A DNA stretch of 64,000 nucleotides, from NCBI GenBank assembly GCA_053919585.1, contig CM132801.1; one strand, written 5' to 3'. The stretch comes from Euprymna scolopes. Its lineage: Eukaryota. Shown one piece after another: positions 13,540 through 29,048 of the stretch; the first letter of the stretch is position 1, and every line of letters starts with the position of its first letter. Made by a program: the position numbers and the translations under genes. Below the pieces are notes generated by a model. The model ran no database searches. It worked only from the letters and a program-made list of their open reading frames with translations, and was not told the origin of the DNA.

Positions 13540-13677
13540 NNNNNNNNNNNNNNNNNNNNNNNNNNNNNNNNNNNNNNNNNNNNNNNNNNNNNNNNNNNNN
13601 NNNNNNNNNNNNNNNNNNNNNNNNNNNNNNNNNNNNNNNNNNNNNNNNNNNNNNNNNNNNNNNNNNNNNNNNNNNNN
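13540..13677. other. Assembly gap
   Basis: Run of N. Confidence 1.
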
Positions 13678-15022
13678 TTTCTATTTAATCCGCAAATACT
13701 TATAAAAATATCAATAATGTTTTCTGTAGATATATTTTCAATACCTTTAACTGTTTTAAACATTATTTTTTAGAATCAAACTCTTTGAATATGGCTTTTT
13801 CGATGGTTGGATTGAGGTGTATATTAAATGGCCAAAGATAGTTATTCATTGTGCACAACGTGTGATACATACTAGCAAAATGCTGAAACGTATTTTTAAT
13901 TCCCTAAAGATATTTACGCATATGCATTTTTTCAAAGCTGTATGTCCAGAATATCATTGTGGGATTGTGGTTAAAATCAGTGATTCTTAAGTGTCTATAT
14001 CAACTAAAATTTACCAACAAAAAAAGTCTATGAAATTTATCTATCTTATAATATTTTATACATATTAGTTTGTTTTTTAAACTTTACCCTATCATAAGGT
14101 GTAGGGACCGTGACGATTATGATGGGTCTAATTTGTGTATGAAATCATCTTCAATGTCCAAGAAGTCTTTGAGGGGGATTAAGTTTTGGACACCGCTTCC
14201 TAAATAATCATATATTTTAAATCAAACCATAATTTACGTATTATTAGTGAGTAAGTTAAAAGGGTCATTTGAATTAAAATTCAGTATTCTCGTTCTTTCA
14301 GATATTTTTACGGGTTTAGAAATAATCATTACATAATTACATAATAAAATGTTTTCGAAATTCTCACCATGAGTTTAAATTACTTATCATAATTTTCATT
14401 TCAATCAACTTGACCAGTGATTTCATCATTATAAATAATAGTATTTCTTATTAATAACATGATTTTTAATTAAATGCTTTGCAAACCATATTTGAAAATG
14501 GTGTATTATCAATAAGAGAGTGTTTATAGATAAGAGAAATAGATAAACATAGAATTAAAGGGTGAATTATTTTTAAAGAAAAGAAAACATACATTTATCA
14601 CATGAGAATAAAAAAGAATAAAAACAAGTAAACAATATCAAAATGTATAATGTTCAAGAACATATAATTGTGCACATAAATATGCTGAAAAATGTGAGAA
14701 ACCATTTTAAATGCCTTTTCAGCAACATTAATATTATGAATAAAGACAAAGTTGACTACAGTTGAATATGAATAATGTGTTTCACCCAAGTATTATGACA
14801 TGCAGTTTGAATCAATAAAATTTATAAACATTGTTTGATGAAATCTTAATTCATGTATCATATTTCATAATCACATTTAAATCACACAAACATATTCACA
14901 AGCACACCTGTATATTTTCAATGCATATTATATATGAGTTATTATGAAATGTAAATATAATTCAATTTGTTTTTAGCAAAGAAAACGCATCATAAAGAAA
15001 TATTATTCATGCTCATATCTAC

Positions 15023-15592
15023 CTGGACAAAACTGCTCAAATACTTTATCTTTCAAAACAGAAAGTTCATCGAAGGCCTTGATCACAAACATATTCTCAG
15101 AAATTGGTGCTGATACAATCTGGCCCAATTCAGTAGTATCAGCTAATCCAATTCCAATACCATAGATGAGGATGTTGTCAGCTCTAACTTTTTCAGCTTC
15201 AGGAATTGTATCAAACGCATTTACATTTGATACACCATCCGTGATAAGAATAGCAATATTTGGTACTGAAGGTCTGTCTCCATTCTGTTGTGTAAACATT
15301 TGAGTGCGCATAACATTGAGTCCACCAAAAGTATTGGTACTGCCATAAACATATTGGATCTTCTTTACTGCATCTATGATATCTTGTTTTCTGTTATACT
15401 CATTCAAGTTGAACTGAATTTCCACATCTGTGCTGTATAGTACAGCACCAAATCGCATATTGCCACTGTCTATGTCAGCAACGGATACAAAATCAACAAT
15501 GAAATCTAACATTTTCTCAAAGTTTGCAGCAGTAACACTAGTGGACGAGTCCAAAATGAAGACGATGTCAGACTGAGCATTGGTACATCCAC
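15023..15592 (-). CDS. VWA exon, type A
   Basis: 570 nt, TAG|...|GTAGAT, intact MIDAS. Confidence 0.93.
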
Positions 15593-17974
15593 CTAAAGAA
15601 TATTGACATAACCAATCACTCAAGGAGAACATTGAGAAATATAACAACTTACAAAACCTTTTAGAACACAAAAAACACATTTAAAATTACTTAAAACACA
15701 ACACAACATATAAAACTACTTAACACAGAAGATAACATAATAAACCAGAGTTCTAATTTCATCTTACAGCCATTCTTATGAATGCGAAAATTTTTAGAAC
15801 ATTTTACACGGGTACAAACATTGATAAAACAATGGTTCTATAATTATTGGAAGATAAGTATTTTACTATGGATTACAAACATTTTTACATTATTTGAAAC
15901 TGTTTTCAGCAAAAAAAACGTTGAATGCAAGTCTTCAATTCATATTTTTCAATATTGTTAATTAATGTACGGTACTACAACTTAGTACCATGACAACACA
16001 AACAGAAAATTATTATCTGAAGGCGATTAAGACAATACGAACACAATCACAGCAAAGACACAAGACTTCCTTAATAAGCAAACGACAACAAATATGAACA
16101 GAACACTATTACAAAGAGACATTCTTACTTATAATCCGATGGGTTGAAAATAACATTTGCATGACAGCAAATTATGAATAACAGATCTGTACATTAAATT
16201 GATTAGCAGAAATTAAACATTACTTTTATAATATAAGCTACAATCTTTACTTATGATATCGTTTATAGGCAACTTCGAATCAATCCTAAAGAAACAATAG
16301 TAAACATATCATTGCTAGTAATTACTTATAGAGTAATTAAAAAACATGCAACAAAGACATAAGACGTTCTCAATGACTAGACGGCAACAAATTGAACGGA
16401 ACAAATATGTACATTAAACAGATGAACAGATAGTAACTTATTAATTTTCAATAAAAAATAGAATCTTGAATTATGGTATTGTTTATAACTAACTTTAAAT
16501 AAATACTAAAAACAATCCTTCACATATTAATTATAGTTATTGCTTATCATAATATAATAAAATGTTTGGTCAAAATGTATTAGATTATATATCAAATATC
16601 ACCTTTGTTTGTTTAAAGGGAAATTACTTTCATTGCATAAACGGCGTTAGTTTCTAGTAAAATTGTGTAAAATACTCACATATAAAAGTAAACTTTTGAA
16701 ATATGATTAGTGAATATCTGACAAGGATGGTTTAAATCAAAATTTACTTTGCTCATTGATACATATTTTTACAAATAAAAAATAATTTAATTACTGTATA
16801 TAATATGAAATATTTCCCAAATTACCATCAAGAATCATCTATTGCTTGCCACTTTTTCAATCATTTGAAACGGATATGCAATTAATCGTAATAATTTGGA
16901 ACAAAAAACACATTTAAAACCACTTAAAATACAACACACAGTATAAAACTTCTTTTCAAACAAGATATTATATTAAACCATAGTTTTAATTTCATCTTGC
17001 TGCATTTTTGATTAATCCGCAAAATTTTAGAATATTTTACTCGTGAACAAACATTGATAAAACAATGATTCTATTAATATTGGAAGATAAGATATTGCAA
17101 TATTAATTACAAACATTTTAACACTATATTAATATGTTTTCAGCAAAAAAGCACTGCCGTATGTATGTTTTTAATGTAATGATATTTTTCAATATTTTTA
17201 ATAAATGGACGGTAGTACATCTTATAACCATGACAACACAAACAAAAAATAAAGTGATTAGGACGATAAGACCACAGCAACAGAAAAGGCACAAGACTTC
17301 CTTAATAAGCAGACGACAACAAATATGAACAGAACACTATTACAAATAGGCATTCTTACTTATAATCAGATAAGTTGAAAATACATTTGCATTACAAAAT
17401 ATTATGGATAACAGATCTGTACATTTAATTGATGAGCAGAAATTAACACATTAATTTTATAATATAAGATATAATATTTATATGTGATATCGTTTGTAGG
17501 CAACGTCGAATCCATCCTAAAGAAACAATCGTTAACATATTACTGATGATGTTTACTTATTATAGCGTAATTAAAAAAAAACACGCACTACAAAGACGCA
17601 AGACATTCTCAATGACCAGATGGCAACAAATTGAACAGAACAAATATGCACATTCAAGAGACGAACAGATAGTAACTTATTAATTTTTAATAAAAGATAG
17701 AATCTTGAATTATGGTATTGTTTATAACTAACTTTAAAGAAATACAAAAAAACAATCCTTCACATATTAATTATAGTTATTGCTTATCATAATATAATCA
17801 AAAAGTTGGTTCAAAATGCATTTGATTATATATAATATGTTTCATACATTTGTATGACAATCTTTATTATATAAATGCTTTTTTGTTGAAGTGTGATTAT
17901 TATAATAATGATAGATAATAGTGTCTACATTTTCATTCATATAAATGTAAATAAAATATATACAATGACCTCAC

Positions 17975-18043
17975 CTCTTCTGGGAGGGACCGCAGTGATC
18001 GGAAATCGAATCACTGGTGTCCGAGATGGTTGTATGGCACCTC
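17975..18043 (-). CDS. 69-nt linker exon GGAIQPSRTPVIRFPITAVPPRR(G)
   Basis: AAG|...AGAG|GTGAGG; phase 1-1. Confidence 0.88.
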
Positions 18044-19163
18044 CTTTATAGAAAATAGAACAATGAAACATATGTGTGTTTATAGGCACAATTATAAAAT
18101 TATAAAAGTTAAATGTATTCATACAAGCACATGTTCATACACTCACTTGAAAAAAGATATATTAGAAAAATATAAATACTTCTCTACATTCATTAGTGTC
18201 TTTCTTATCATAATTATTATATGTTGTATATAAAGTATTTTGAAGGAAAAATATTTACAATTTTTTATTCAATCTCAAAGTGCATAATAATCTGGTGAAA
18301 TTCAACCATCGGTTAAAGGTCACATAACATAAAAACTACTCAATAGAAATGCCCATTGATTAATATTTTCAAAGTTTAGAATTGACACATTTTTAAATCA
18401 AACATCATCTTAGTTTCTTTAATGGGAGATTACTGCGATTGCATCAAACAGCGTTAGTTTCTAGTTAAATTATGTAAAATTACTTTACTAACATCTATGA
18501 AATTTTCGGCTGATGAAGTTTAAATCTGTATGTATTTCTAAGACATAATATTTTTTGAATGTCTATCCCAAAAATATATAGTATGTGTAGTTATACAAAC
18601 AGTATAAAACTTGATAATCACTTTTCATTCAATGTTCAAACTTTTAGTTTAAACGTCTAAGCATTTTTTTAGATCAGTCTACCATGGCTCCAACTATTTT
18701 AGAAATGTTAATTCTTAAGATCAAACTCCTTAATATTACCTTTCGGGTGGAGGGGCATAAATAAATTGTCTAAAAGACACTAATGAATATTCATAACATG
18801 TGCTAAATACTTTACTTGTTATTTTTTTATAAAATTCTCTTTGAATTGATCTTTCTTTTTATACAGATTTTATACACGTTGAATGCAGTCTTTAAAATGT
18901 TGGTAGTGGGAAATTAGTCGCATGTTTTACGTACTTGTAAAATGTCTATGCTATTTTTGAATACATATGTTTATTTTCTGAAAATACTTTATGCATTTTA
19001 CGTTATTATAATAACACGTTTTTGTTTATGACCATGATTCATGGGCGTCCAAATTGTGTATAAAATAATCTCAGTGCTCATAGGGTATTTCAGTAATATT
19101 AAAAGAAATCAGTATTAGCAAAAAAAAGCATCATAAAGAAATATTATTCATGCTCATATCTAC

Positions 19164-19733
19164 CTGGACAAAACTGCTCAAATACTTTCTCTTTCAAAAC
19201 AGAAAGTTCATCGAAGGCCTTGATCACAAACATATTCTCAGAAATTGGTGCTGATACAATCTGGCCCAATTCAGTAGTATCAGCTAATCCAATTCCAATA
19301 CCATAGATGAGGATGTTGTCAGCTCTAACCTTTTCAGCTTCAGGAATTGTATCAAACGCATTTACATTTGATACACCATCCGTGATAAGAATAGCAATAT
19401 TTGGTACTGAAGGTCTGTCTCCATTCTGTTGTGTAAACATTTGAGTGCGCATAACGTTGAGTCCACCAAAAGTATTTGTACTGCCATAAACATATTGGAT
19501 CTTCTTTACTGCATCTATGATATCTTGTTTTCTGTTATACTCATTCAAGTTGAACTGAATTTCCACATCTGTGCTGTATAGTACAGCACCAAATCGCATA
19601 TTGCCACTGTCTATGTCAGCAACGGATACAAAATCAACAATGAAATCTAACATTTTCTCAAAGTTTGCTGCAGTAACACTAGTGGACGAGTCCAAAATGA
19701 AGACGATGTCAGACTGAGCATTGGTACATCCAC
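19164..19733 (-). CDS. VWA exon, type A
   Basis: 570 nt, canonical boundaries, intact MIDAS. Confidence 0.93.
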
Positions 19734-20875
19734 CTAAAGAATATTGACATAACCAATCACTCAAAAAGAACATTGAGAAATATAACAACTTACAAAACCA
19801 ATTCGAACACAAAAAATACATTTACAACCACTTAAAACACAATACAACATATCAAACTACTTAACACAGAAGATAACATAATAAACCACAGTTCTAATTT
19901 CATCTTACTGCAATTCTTATGAATGCGCAAAACTTTAGAACATTTTACACGTGAACAAACATTGAAAAACAATGATTCTATAATTATTGGAAGATAAAAT
20001 ATTGTAATATTAATTACAAACATTTTAACACTATTTGAAACTGTTTTCAGTAAAAAAAAAAACTGCCGGATGTAAGTCTTAAATACATTGATATTTTTCA
20101 ATATTTTTAATTAATAGACGGCACTACCACTTAGAACCATGACAACACAAACAGAAGATAATATCTGAAGGCGATTAGCACAAAAGAACACAGTCACAGC
20201 GAAGACACACGACTTCCTTAATAAGCAGACGACAACAAATATAAACAGAATACTATTACAAATAGGCATTCGTACTCATAATTAGATGAGTTGAAAATAA
20301 CATTTTCATGACAACAAATTATGAATAACAGATCCGTACATTTAATTGATTAGCTGAAATTAAGCATTAATTTTATAATATAAGCACAATCTTTACTTAT
20401 GATATCGTTTATAGGCAACTTCGAATCAATCCTAAAGAAACAATAGTAAACATATCATTGCTAGTAATTACTTATAGAGTAATTAAAAAACATGCAACAA
20501 AGACATGAGACACTCTCAATGACCAGACGGCAACAAACTGAACGGAACAAATATGTGCATTTAAAAGATGAACAGATAGCAACGTATTAATTTTCAATAA
20601 AAAATAGAATCTTGAATTATGGTATTGTTTATAACTAACTTTAAATAAATACTAAAAACAATCCTTCACATATTAATTATAGTTATTGCTTATCATCATA
20701 GCATCAAAAAATCGGTCCAAAATATATTTGATTATATATAATGTTTCATACATTTGTATAGCAATATTTATTATATAAATGTTTTTTTGTTACAGTGTAA
20801 TTATTATAATAATAGATAATACTGTCTCTATTTTCACTCATATAAATGTAAATAAAATATATGCAATGACCTCAC

Positions 20876-20944
20876 CTCTTCTGGGAGGCACCACAGTGAT
20901 CGGAAATCGAATCACTGGTGTCCGAGATGGTTGTATGGCACCTC
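20876..20944 (-). CDS. 69-nt linker exon GGAIQPSRTPVIRFPITVVPPRR(G)
   Basis: AAG|...AGAG|GTGAGG; phase 1-1. Confidence 0.88.
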
Positions 20945-22239
20945 CTTTATAGAAAATAGAACAATGAAACATATGTGTGTTTATAGGCGCAATTATAAAA
21001 TTATAAAAGTTAAATGTATTCATACAAGCATATGTTAATACACTCACTTGATAAAAAGACATATTAGAAAAATATAAATACTCTTCCATATTTATTAGTA
21101 TCTTTGCTATTCTAACTATTATATGTTGCACATATACTATTTTAAAGGAAAAGCATTTACCATTTTTTTAATTCAATCTCGAAGTGCATAATAATTCTGT
21201 GAAATTCAACCTTAAATTAAATGCCACATTTCTATTGATTAATCTTCTCTTGAGTTAGAGTTGACACATTTTTAAATATCAAATATCACCTTTGTTTGTT
21301 TAAAGGGAAATTACTGTCATTGTATAAACGGCGTTAGTTTCTAGTAAAATTGTGTAAAATACTCACATATAAAAGTAGACTTTTGAAATATGATTAGTGA
21401 ATATTTTACAAGGATTGTTTAAATCAAAATTTACTTTGCTCATTGATACACATCTTTGTAAATTAAAAATTAATTTAATTACTGTATATGATATGAAATA
21501 TTTCCCAAATTACCATCAAGAATCATCTATTGCTTACCACTTTTTCAATCATTTGAAACGGATATGCAATTAATCGTAATAATTGTATATCTTATTAGTA
21601 GTATTGCTTTGTATCTAATTTTTTACAAAGCATTTTGAAAACAACTAAAGTTTCCGATTCAAGTATTATAGATAGATAAGATTATATACATATAAAAGAA
21701 AGAGAAGAAGACAGAATCAACCGGAAAATGTTTGCATCAGGAAAGAAAAAGATTTACAGTAGACGTATCTCATTTATAGGAACAGATTGAAACAAGAAAG
21801 AATAGATTAATTAAAATGCATGCAACTCAATGAAATACAATTGTTTACATAAATAGGCCGCAAAAGTCAGAGAAGTCATTAATTAAATTGTATTCATCAA
21901 GACTTTTTCAGTAAATCCTATTTTACAAATAAAATTAATGTAAACTTTCATTGGAAACTAATAATTCATTTGATCCAAATAGTATAAGTAATTTTGTAAT
22001 TGTCTCTGGAATGTCATGAAGTTGAATTAATCAAATGTATTAACATTGTTTGATGAAATCTTCATTCATATTTCATATTTTATCATCACATTTAAATTAC
22101 ACAAACATATTCACAAGCACACCTGCATATTCTTGTATATGTATATATTATATAAGTTATTATGCAATGTAAATATAATTCAATTTTTATTAGCAAAGAA
22201 AACGAATCATAAAGAAATATTATTCATGCTCATATCTAC

Positions 22240-22809
22240 CTGGACAAAACTGCTCAAATACTTTCTCTTTCAAAACAGAAAGTTCATCGAAGGCCTTGAT
22301 CACAAACATATTCTCAGAAATTGGTGCTGATACAATCTGGCCCAATTCAGTAGTATCAGCTAATCCAATTCCAATACCATAGATGAGGATGTTGTCAGCT
22401 CTAACCTTTTCAGCTTCAGGAATTGTATCAAACGCATTTACATTTGATACACCATCCGTGATAAGAATAGCAATATTTGGTACTGAAGGTCTGTCTCCAT
22501 TCTGTTGTGTAAACATTTGAGTGCGCATAACGTTGAGTCCACCAAAAGTATTTGTACTGCCATAAACATATTGGATCTTCTTTACTGCATCTATGATATC
22601 TTGTTTTGTGTTATACTCATTCAAGTTGAACTGAATTTCCACATCTGTGCTGTATAGTACAGCACCAAATCGCATATTGCCACTGTCTATGTCAGCAACG
22701 GATACAAAATCAACAATGAAATCTAACATTTTCTCAAAGTTTGCTGCAGTAACACTAGTGGACGAGTCCAAAATGAAGACGATGTCAGACTGAGCATTGG
22801 TACATCCAC
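22240..22809 (-). CDS. VWA exon, type A
   Basis: 570 nt, canonical boundaries, intact MIDAS. Confidence 0.93.
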
Positions 22810-23954
22810 CTAAAGAATATTGACATAACCAATCACTCAAAAAGAACATTGAGAAATATAACAACTTACAAAACCACTTCGAACACAAAAAATACATTTA
22901 CAACCACTTAAAACACAATACAACATATCAAACTACTTAACACAGAAGATAACATATAAAATCACATTTCTAATTTCATCCTGCTGCAATTCTTATGAAT
23001 GCGCAAAACTTTAGAACATTTTACACGTGAACAAACATTGAAAAACAATGATTCTATAATTATTGGAAGATAAAATATTGTAATATTAATTACAAACATT
23101 TTAACACTATTTGAAACTGTTTTCAGTAAAAAAAAAACTGCCGGATGTAAGTCTTAAATACATTGATATTTTTCAATATTTTTAATTAATGGACGGTACT
23201 ACATTTTAGTAAGATGACAACACAAACAGAAAATAATATCTGAAGGCGATTAGCATAATAAGAACACAATCACAGCAAAGACACAAGACTTCCTTTATAA
23301 GTAGACGACAACAAATATGAAGAGAACACTATTACAAATAGGCATTCGTACTTATAATTAGATGAGTTGAAAATAACATTTGCATGACAACAAATTATGA
23401 ATAACAGATCCGTACATTTAATTGATTAGCAGAAATTAACACATTAATTTTATAATATAAGCTACAATCTTTACTTATGGTATCGTTTATAGGCAACTTC
23501 GAATCAATTCTAAAGAAACAATAGTAAACATATCATTGCCAGTAATTGCTTATAGAGTAATTAAAAAACATGCAACAAAGACATAAGACACTCTCAATGA
23601 CTAGACGGCAACAAATTGAACGGAACAAATATGTACATTTAACAGATGAACAGATAGTAACGTATTAATTTTCAATAAAAAATAGAATCTTGAATTATGG
23701 TATTGTTTATAACTAACTTTAAATAAACACTAAAAACAATCCTTCACATATTAATTATAGTTATTGCTTATCATAATATAATCAAAAAGTTGGATCAAAA
23801 TGTATTTGATTATGTATAATATGTTTCATACATTTGTATAACAATCTTTATTATACGAATGTTTTTTGTTGAAGTGTAATTATTAGAATAATAGATAATA
23901 GTGTCTCTATTTTCACTCGTATAAATGTAAATAAAATATATTCAATGACCTCAC

Positions 23955-24023
23955 CTCTTCTGGGAGGCACCGCAGTGATCGGAAATCGAATCACTGGTGT
24001 CCGAGATGGTTGTATGGCACCTC
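23955..24023 (-). CDS. 69-nt linker exon GGAIQPSRTPVIRFPITAVPPRR(G)
   Basis: AAG|...AGAG|GTGAGG; phase 1-1. Confidence 0.88.
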
Positions 24024-25316
24024 CTTTATAGAAAATAGAACAATGAAACATATGTGTGTTTATAGGCGCAATTATAAAATTATAAAAGTTAAATGTATTC
24101 ATACAAGCATATGTTAATACACTCACTTGATAAAAAGACATATTAGAAAAATATAAATACTCTTCCATATTTATTAGTATCTTTGCTATTCTAACTATTA
24201 TATGTTGCACATATACTATTTTAAAGGAAAAGCATTTACCATTTTTTTATTCAATCTCGAAGTGCATAATAATTCTGTGAAATTCAACCTTAAATTAAAT
24301 GCCACATTTCTATTGATTAATCTTCTCTTGAGTTAGAGTTGACACATTTTTAAATATCCAACATCACCTTTGTTTGTTTAAATGGAAATTACTGTCATTG
24401 CATAAACGGCGTTAGTTTCTAGTAAAATTGTGTAAAATACTCACATATAAAAGTAGACTTTTGAAATATGATTAGTGAATATCTGACAAGGATGGTTTAA
24501 ATCAAAATTTACTTTGCTCATTGATACATATTTTTACAAATAAAAAATAATTTAATTACTGTATATAATATGAAATATTTCCCAAATTACCATCAAGAAT
24601 CATCTATTGCTTGCCACTTTTTCAATCATTTGAAACGGATATGCAATTAATCGTAATAATTGTATATCTTATTAGTAGTATTGCTTTATATCTAATTTTT
24701 TACAAAGCATTTTGAAAACAACTAAAGTTTCCGATTCAAGTATTATAGATAGATAAGATTATATACATATAAAAGAAAGAAAAGAAGACAGAATCAACTG
24801 GAAAATGTTTGCATCAGGAAAGAACAAGATTAACATTAGACGTATCTCATTTATAGGAACAGATTGAAACAAGAAAGAATAGATTAATTAAAATGCATGC
24901 AACTCAATGAAATACAATTGTTTACATAAATAGGCTGCAAAAGTCAGAGAAGTCATTAATTAAATTGTATTCATCAAGACTTTTTCAGTAAATCCTATTT
25001 TACAAATAAAATTAATGTAAACTTTCATTGGAAACTAATAATTCATTTGATCCAAATAGTATAAGTAATTTTGTAATTGTCTCTGGAATGTCATGCAGTT
25101 GAATTAATCAAATGTATTAACATTGTTTGATGAAATCTTCATTCATATATCATGTTTCATAATCACATTTAAATTACACAAACATATTCACAAGCCCACC
25201 TGCATATTCTTGTATATGTATATATTATATAAGTTATTATGCAATGTAAATATAATTCAATTTGTATTAGCAAAGAAAACGCATCATAAAGAAATATTAT
25301 TCATGCTCATATCTAC

Positions 25317-25886
25317 CTGGACAAAACTGCTCAAATACTTTATCTTTCAAAACAGAAAGTTCATCGAAGGCCTTGATCACAAACATATTCTCAGAAATTG
25401 GTGCTGATACAATCTGGCCCAATTCAGTAGTATCAGCTAATCCAATTCCAATACCATAGATGAGGATGTTGTCAGCTCTAACCTTTTCAGCTTCAGGAAT
25501 TGTATCAAACGCATTTACATTTGATACACCATCCGTGATAAGAATAGCAATATTTGGTACTGAAGGTCTGTCTCCATTCTGCTGTGTAAACATTTGAGTG
25601 CGCATAACGTTGAGTCCACCAAAAGTATTTGTACTGCCATAAACATATTTGATCTTCTTTACTGCATCTATGATAGCTTGTTTTGTGTTATACTCATTCA
25701 AGTTGAACTGAATTTCCACATCTGTGCTGTATAGTACAGCACCAAATCGCATATTGCCACTGTCTATGTCAGCAACGGATACAAAATCAACAATGAAATC
25801 TAACATTTTCTCAAAGTTTGCTGCAGTAACACTAGTGGACGAGTCCAAAATGAAGACGATGTCAGACTGAGCATTGGTACATCCAC
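25317..25886 (-). CDS. VWA exon, type A
   Basis: 570 nt, canonical boundaries, intact MIDAS. Confidence 0.93.
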
Positions 25887-27032
25887 CTAAAGAACATCGA
25901 TATAAGCAATCAACCAAGAAGAACATTGAGAAATATAACAACTTACAAAACTATTTGGAACAAAAAACACATTTAAAACCACTTAAAATACAACACACAG
26001 TATAAAACTTCTTTTCAAACAAGATATTATATTAAACCATAGTTTTAATTTCATCTTGCTGCATTTTTGATTAATCCGCAAAATTTTAGAATATTTTACT
26101 CGTGAACAAACATTGATAAAACAATGATTCTATTAATATTGGAAGATAAGATATTGCAATATTAATTACAAACATTTTAACACTATATTAATATGTTTTC
26201 AGCAAAAAAGCACTGCCGTATGTATGTTTTTAATGTAATGATATTTTTCAATATTTTTAATAAATGGACGGTAGTACATCTTATAACCATGACAACACAA
26301 ACAAAAAATAAAGTGATTAGGACGATAAGACCACAGCAACAGAAAAGGCACAAGACTTCCTTAATAAGCAGACGACAACAAATATGAACAGAACACTATT
26401 ACAAATAGGATTTCTTACTTATAATCAGATAAGTTGAAAATACATTTGCATTACAAAATATTATGGATAACAGATCTGTACATTTAATTGATGAGCAGAA
26501 ATTAACACATTAATTTTATAATATAAGATATAATATTTATATGTGATATCGTTTGTAGGCAACATCGAATCCATCCTAAAGAAACAATCGTTAACATATT
26601 ACTGATGATGTTTACTTATTATAGCGTAATTAAAAAAAACACGCACAACAAAGACGCAAGACATTCTCAATGACCAGATGGCAACAAATTGAACAGAACA
26701 AATATGTACATTCAAGAGACGAACAGATAGTAACTTATTAATTTTTAATAAAAGATAGAATCTTGAATTATGGTATTGTTTATAACTAACTTTAAAGAAA
26801 TACAAAAAAACAATCCTTCACATATTAATTATAGTTATTGCTTATCATAATATAATCAAAAAGTTGGTTCAAAATGCATTTGATTATATATAATATGTTT
26901 CATACATTTGTATGACAATCTTTATTATATAAATGCTTTTTTGTTGAAGTGTGATTATTATAATAATGATAGATAATAGTGTCTACATTTTCATTCATAT
27001 AAATGTAAATAAAATATATACAATGACCTCAC

Positions 27033-27101
27033 CTCTTCTGGGAGGGACCGCAGTGATTGGAAATCGAATCACTGGTGTCCGAGATGGTTGTATGGCACCT
27101 C
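27033..27101 (-). CDS. 69-nt linker exon GGAIQPSRTPVIRFPITAVPPRR(G)
   Basis: AAG|...AGAG|GTGAGG; phase 1-1. Confidence 0.88.
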
Positions 27102-29048
27102 CTTTATAGAAAATAAAATAATGAAACATATGTGTGTTTATAGGCACAATTATAAAAGTTAAATGTATTCATGCAAGCACATGTTCATACACTCACTTGA
27201 AAAAAGATATATTAGAAAAATATAAATACTTCTCTACATTCATTAGTGTCTTTCTTATCATAATTATTATATGTTGTATATAAAGTATTTTGAAGGAAAA
27301 ATATTTACAATTTTTTATTCAATCTCAAAGTGCATAATAATCTGGTGAAATTCAACCATCGGTTAAAGGTCACATAACATAAAAACTACTCAATAGAAAT
27401 GCCCATTGATTAATATTTTCAAAGTTTAGAATTGACATATTTTTAAATCTAACATCATCTTAGTTTCTTTAATGGGAGATTACTGCGATTGCATCAAACA
27501 GCGTTAGTTTCTAGTTAAATTATGTAAAATTACTTTACTAACATCTATGAAATTTTCGGCTGATGAAGTTTAAATCTGTATGTATTTCTAAGACATAATA
27601 TTTTTTGAATGTCTATCCCAAAAATATATAGTATGTGTAGTTATACAAACAGTATAAAACTTGATAATCACTTTTCATTCAATGTTCAAACTTTTAGTTT
27701 AAACGTCTAAGCATTTTTTAGATCAGTCTACCATGGCTCCAACTATTTTAAAAATGTTAATTCTTAAGATCAAACTCCTTAATATTACCTTTCGGGTGGA
27801 GGGGCATAAATAAATTGTCTAAAAGACACTAATGAATATTCATAACATGTGCTAAATACTTTACTTGTTATTTTTTTATAAAATTCTCTTTGAATTGATC
27901 TTTCTTTCTATACAGATTTTATACACGTTGAATGCAGTCTTTAAAATGTTGGTAGTGGGAAATTAGTCGCATGTTTTACGTACTTGTAAAATGTCTATGC
28001 TATTTTTGAATACATATGTTTATTTTCTGAAAATACTTTATGCATTTTACGTTATTATAATAACACGTTTTTGTTTATGACCATGATTCATGGGCGTCCA
28101 AATTGTGTATAAAATAATCTCAGTGCTCATAGGGTATTTCAGTAATATTAAAAGAAATCAGTAAACGCTCACATGTAAATGTAGACTCCTTCTTAAACAT
28201 TATTAGTAAATAGCTAGCAAGGATTGTTTAAATCAACATTCAGTTTGCTCGTTGATACACATTTTTACCAATAAAAATTGATTTTATTATTATATATGAT
28301 AGGAAATATTATCCAAATTTTCACCAAGAGTCATGTATTGCTTATTACACTTTTCATTTAAATTATTTGAAACATCTATACAATTAGTCGTAATGATTTT
28401 ATATCTTATTAGTAATACTGTTTAATATCAAATGTTTTGGAAACCAATTCAGAACCAAGTAAAATTTTTCGAATAAATATTATATATAGATAAGATCATA
28501 TATATATAAAAGAAGACAGAATCAAAGAGGAAATGTTTGTATCAGGACATAAAAAAAAAATATTAGACATGTATCTCATATTAAGAACTGATGGAAATAG
28601 GGGAAAAAATAGATTAATTAAAATCCATGCAATGAAGTGAAATACAATTGTTCATATAAATAGGCCGAAAATGTCATAGAAGTCATTAATTAGATTGTTG
28701 TATTCAGCAAGACTTTTTCAGTAAATCCGATATTATAAATAAAATTAATGTAAACTTTCATTGGAAACTAATAATTCATTTGATCGAATTAGAATTAGAA
28801 TTTTGTAATTGTCTCTGGAATCTCATGCAGTTTAAATCAACAAATTCATTAACATTGTTTGATGAAATCTTCATTCATATATCATGTTTCATAATCACAT
28901 TTAAATTACACAAACATATTCACAAGCACACCTGCATATTCTTGTATATGTATATATTATATAAGTTATTAGGCAATGTATATATAATTCAATTTGTATT
29001 AGCAAAGAAAACGCATCATAAAGAAATATTATTCATGCTCATATCTAC

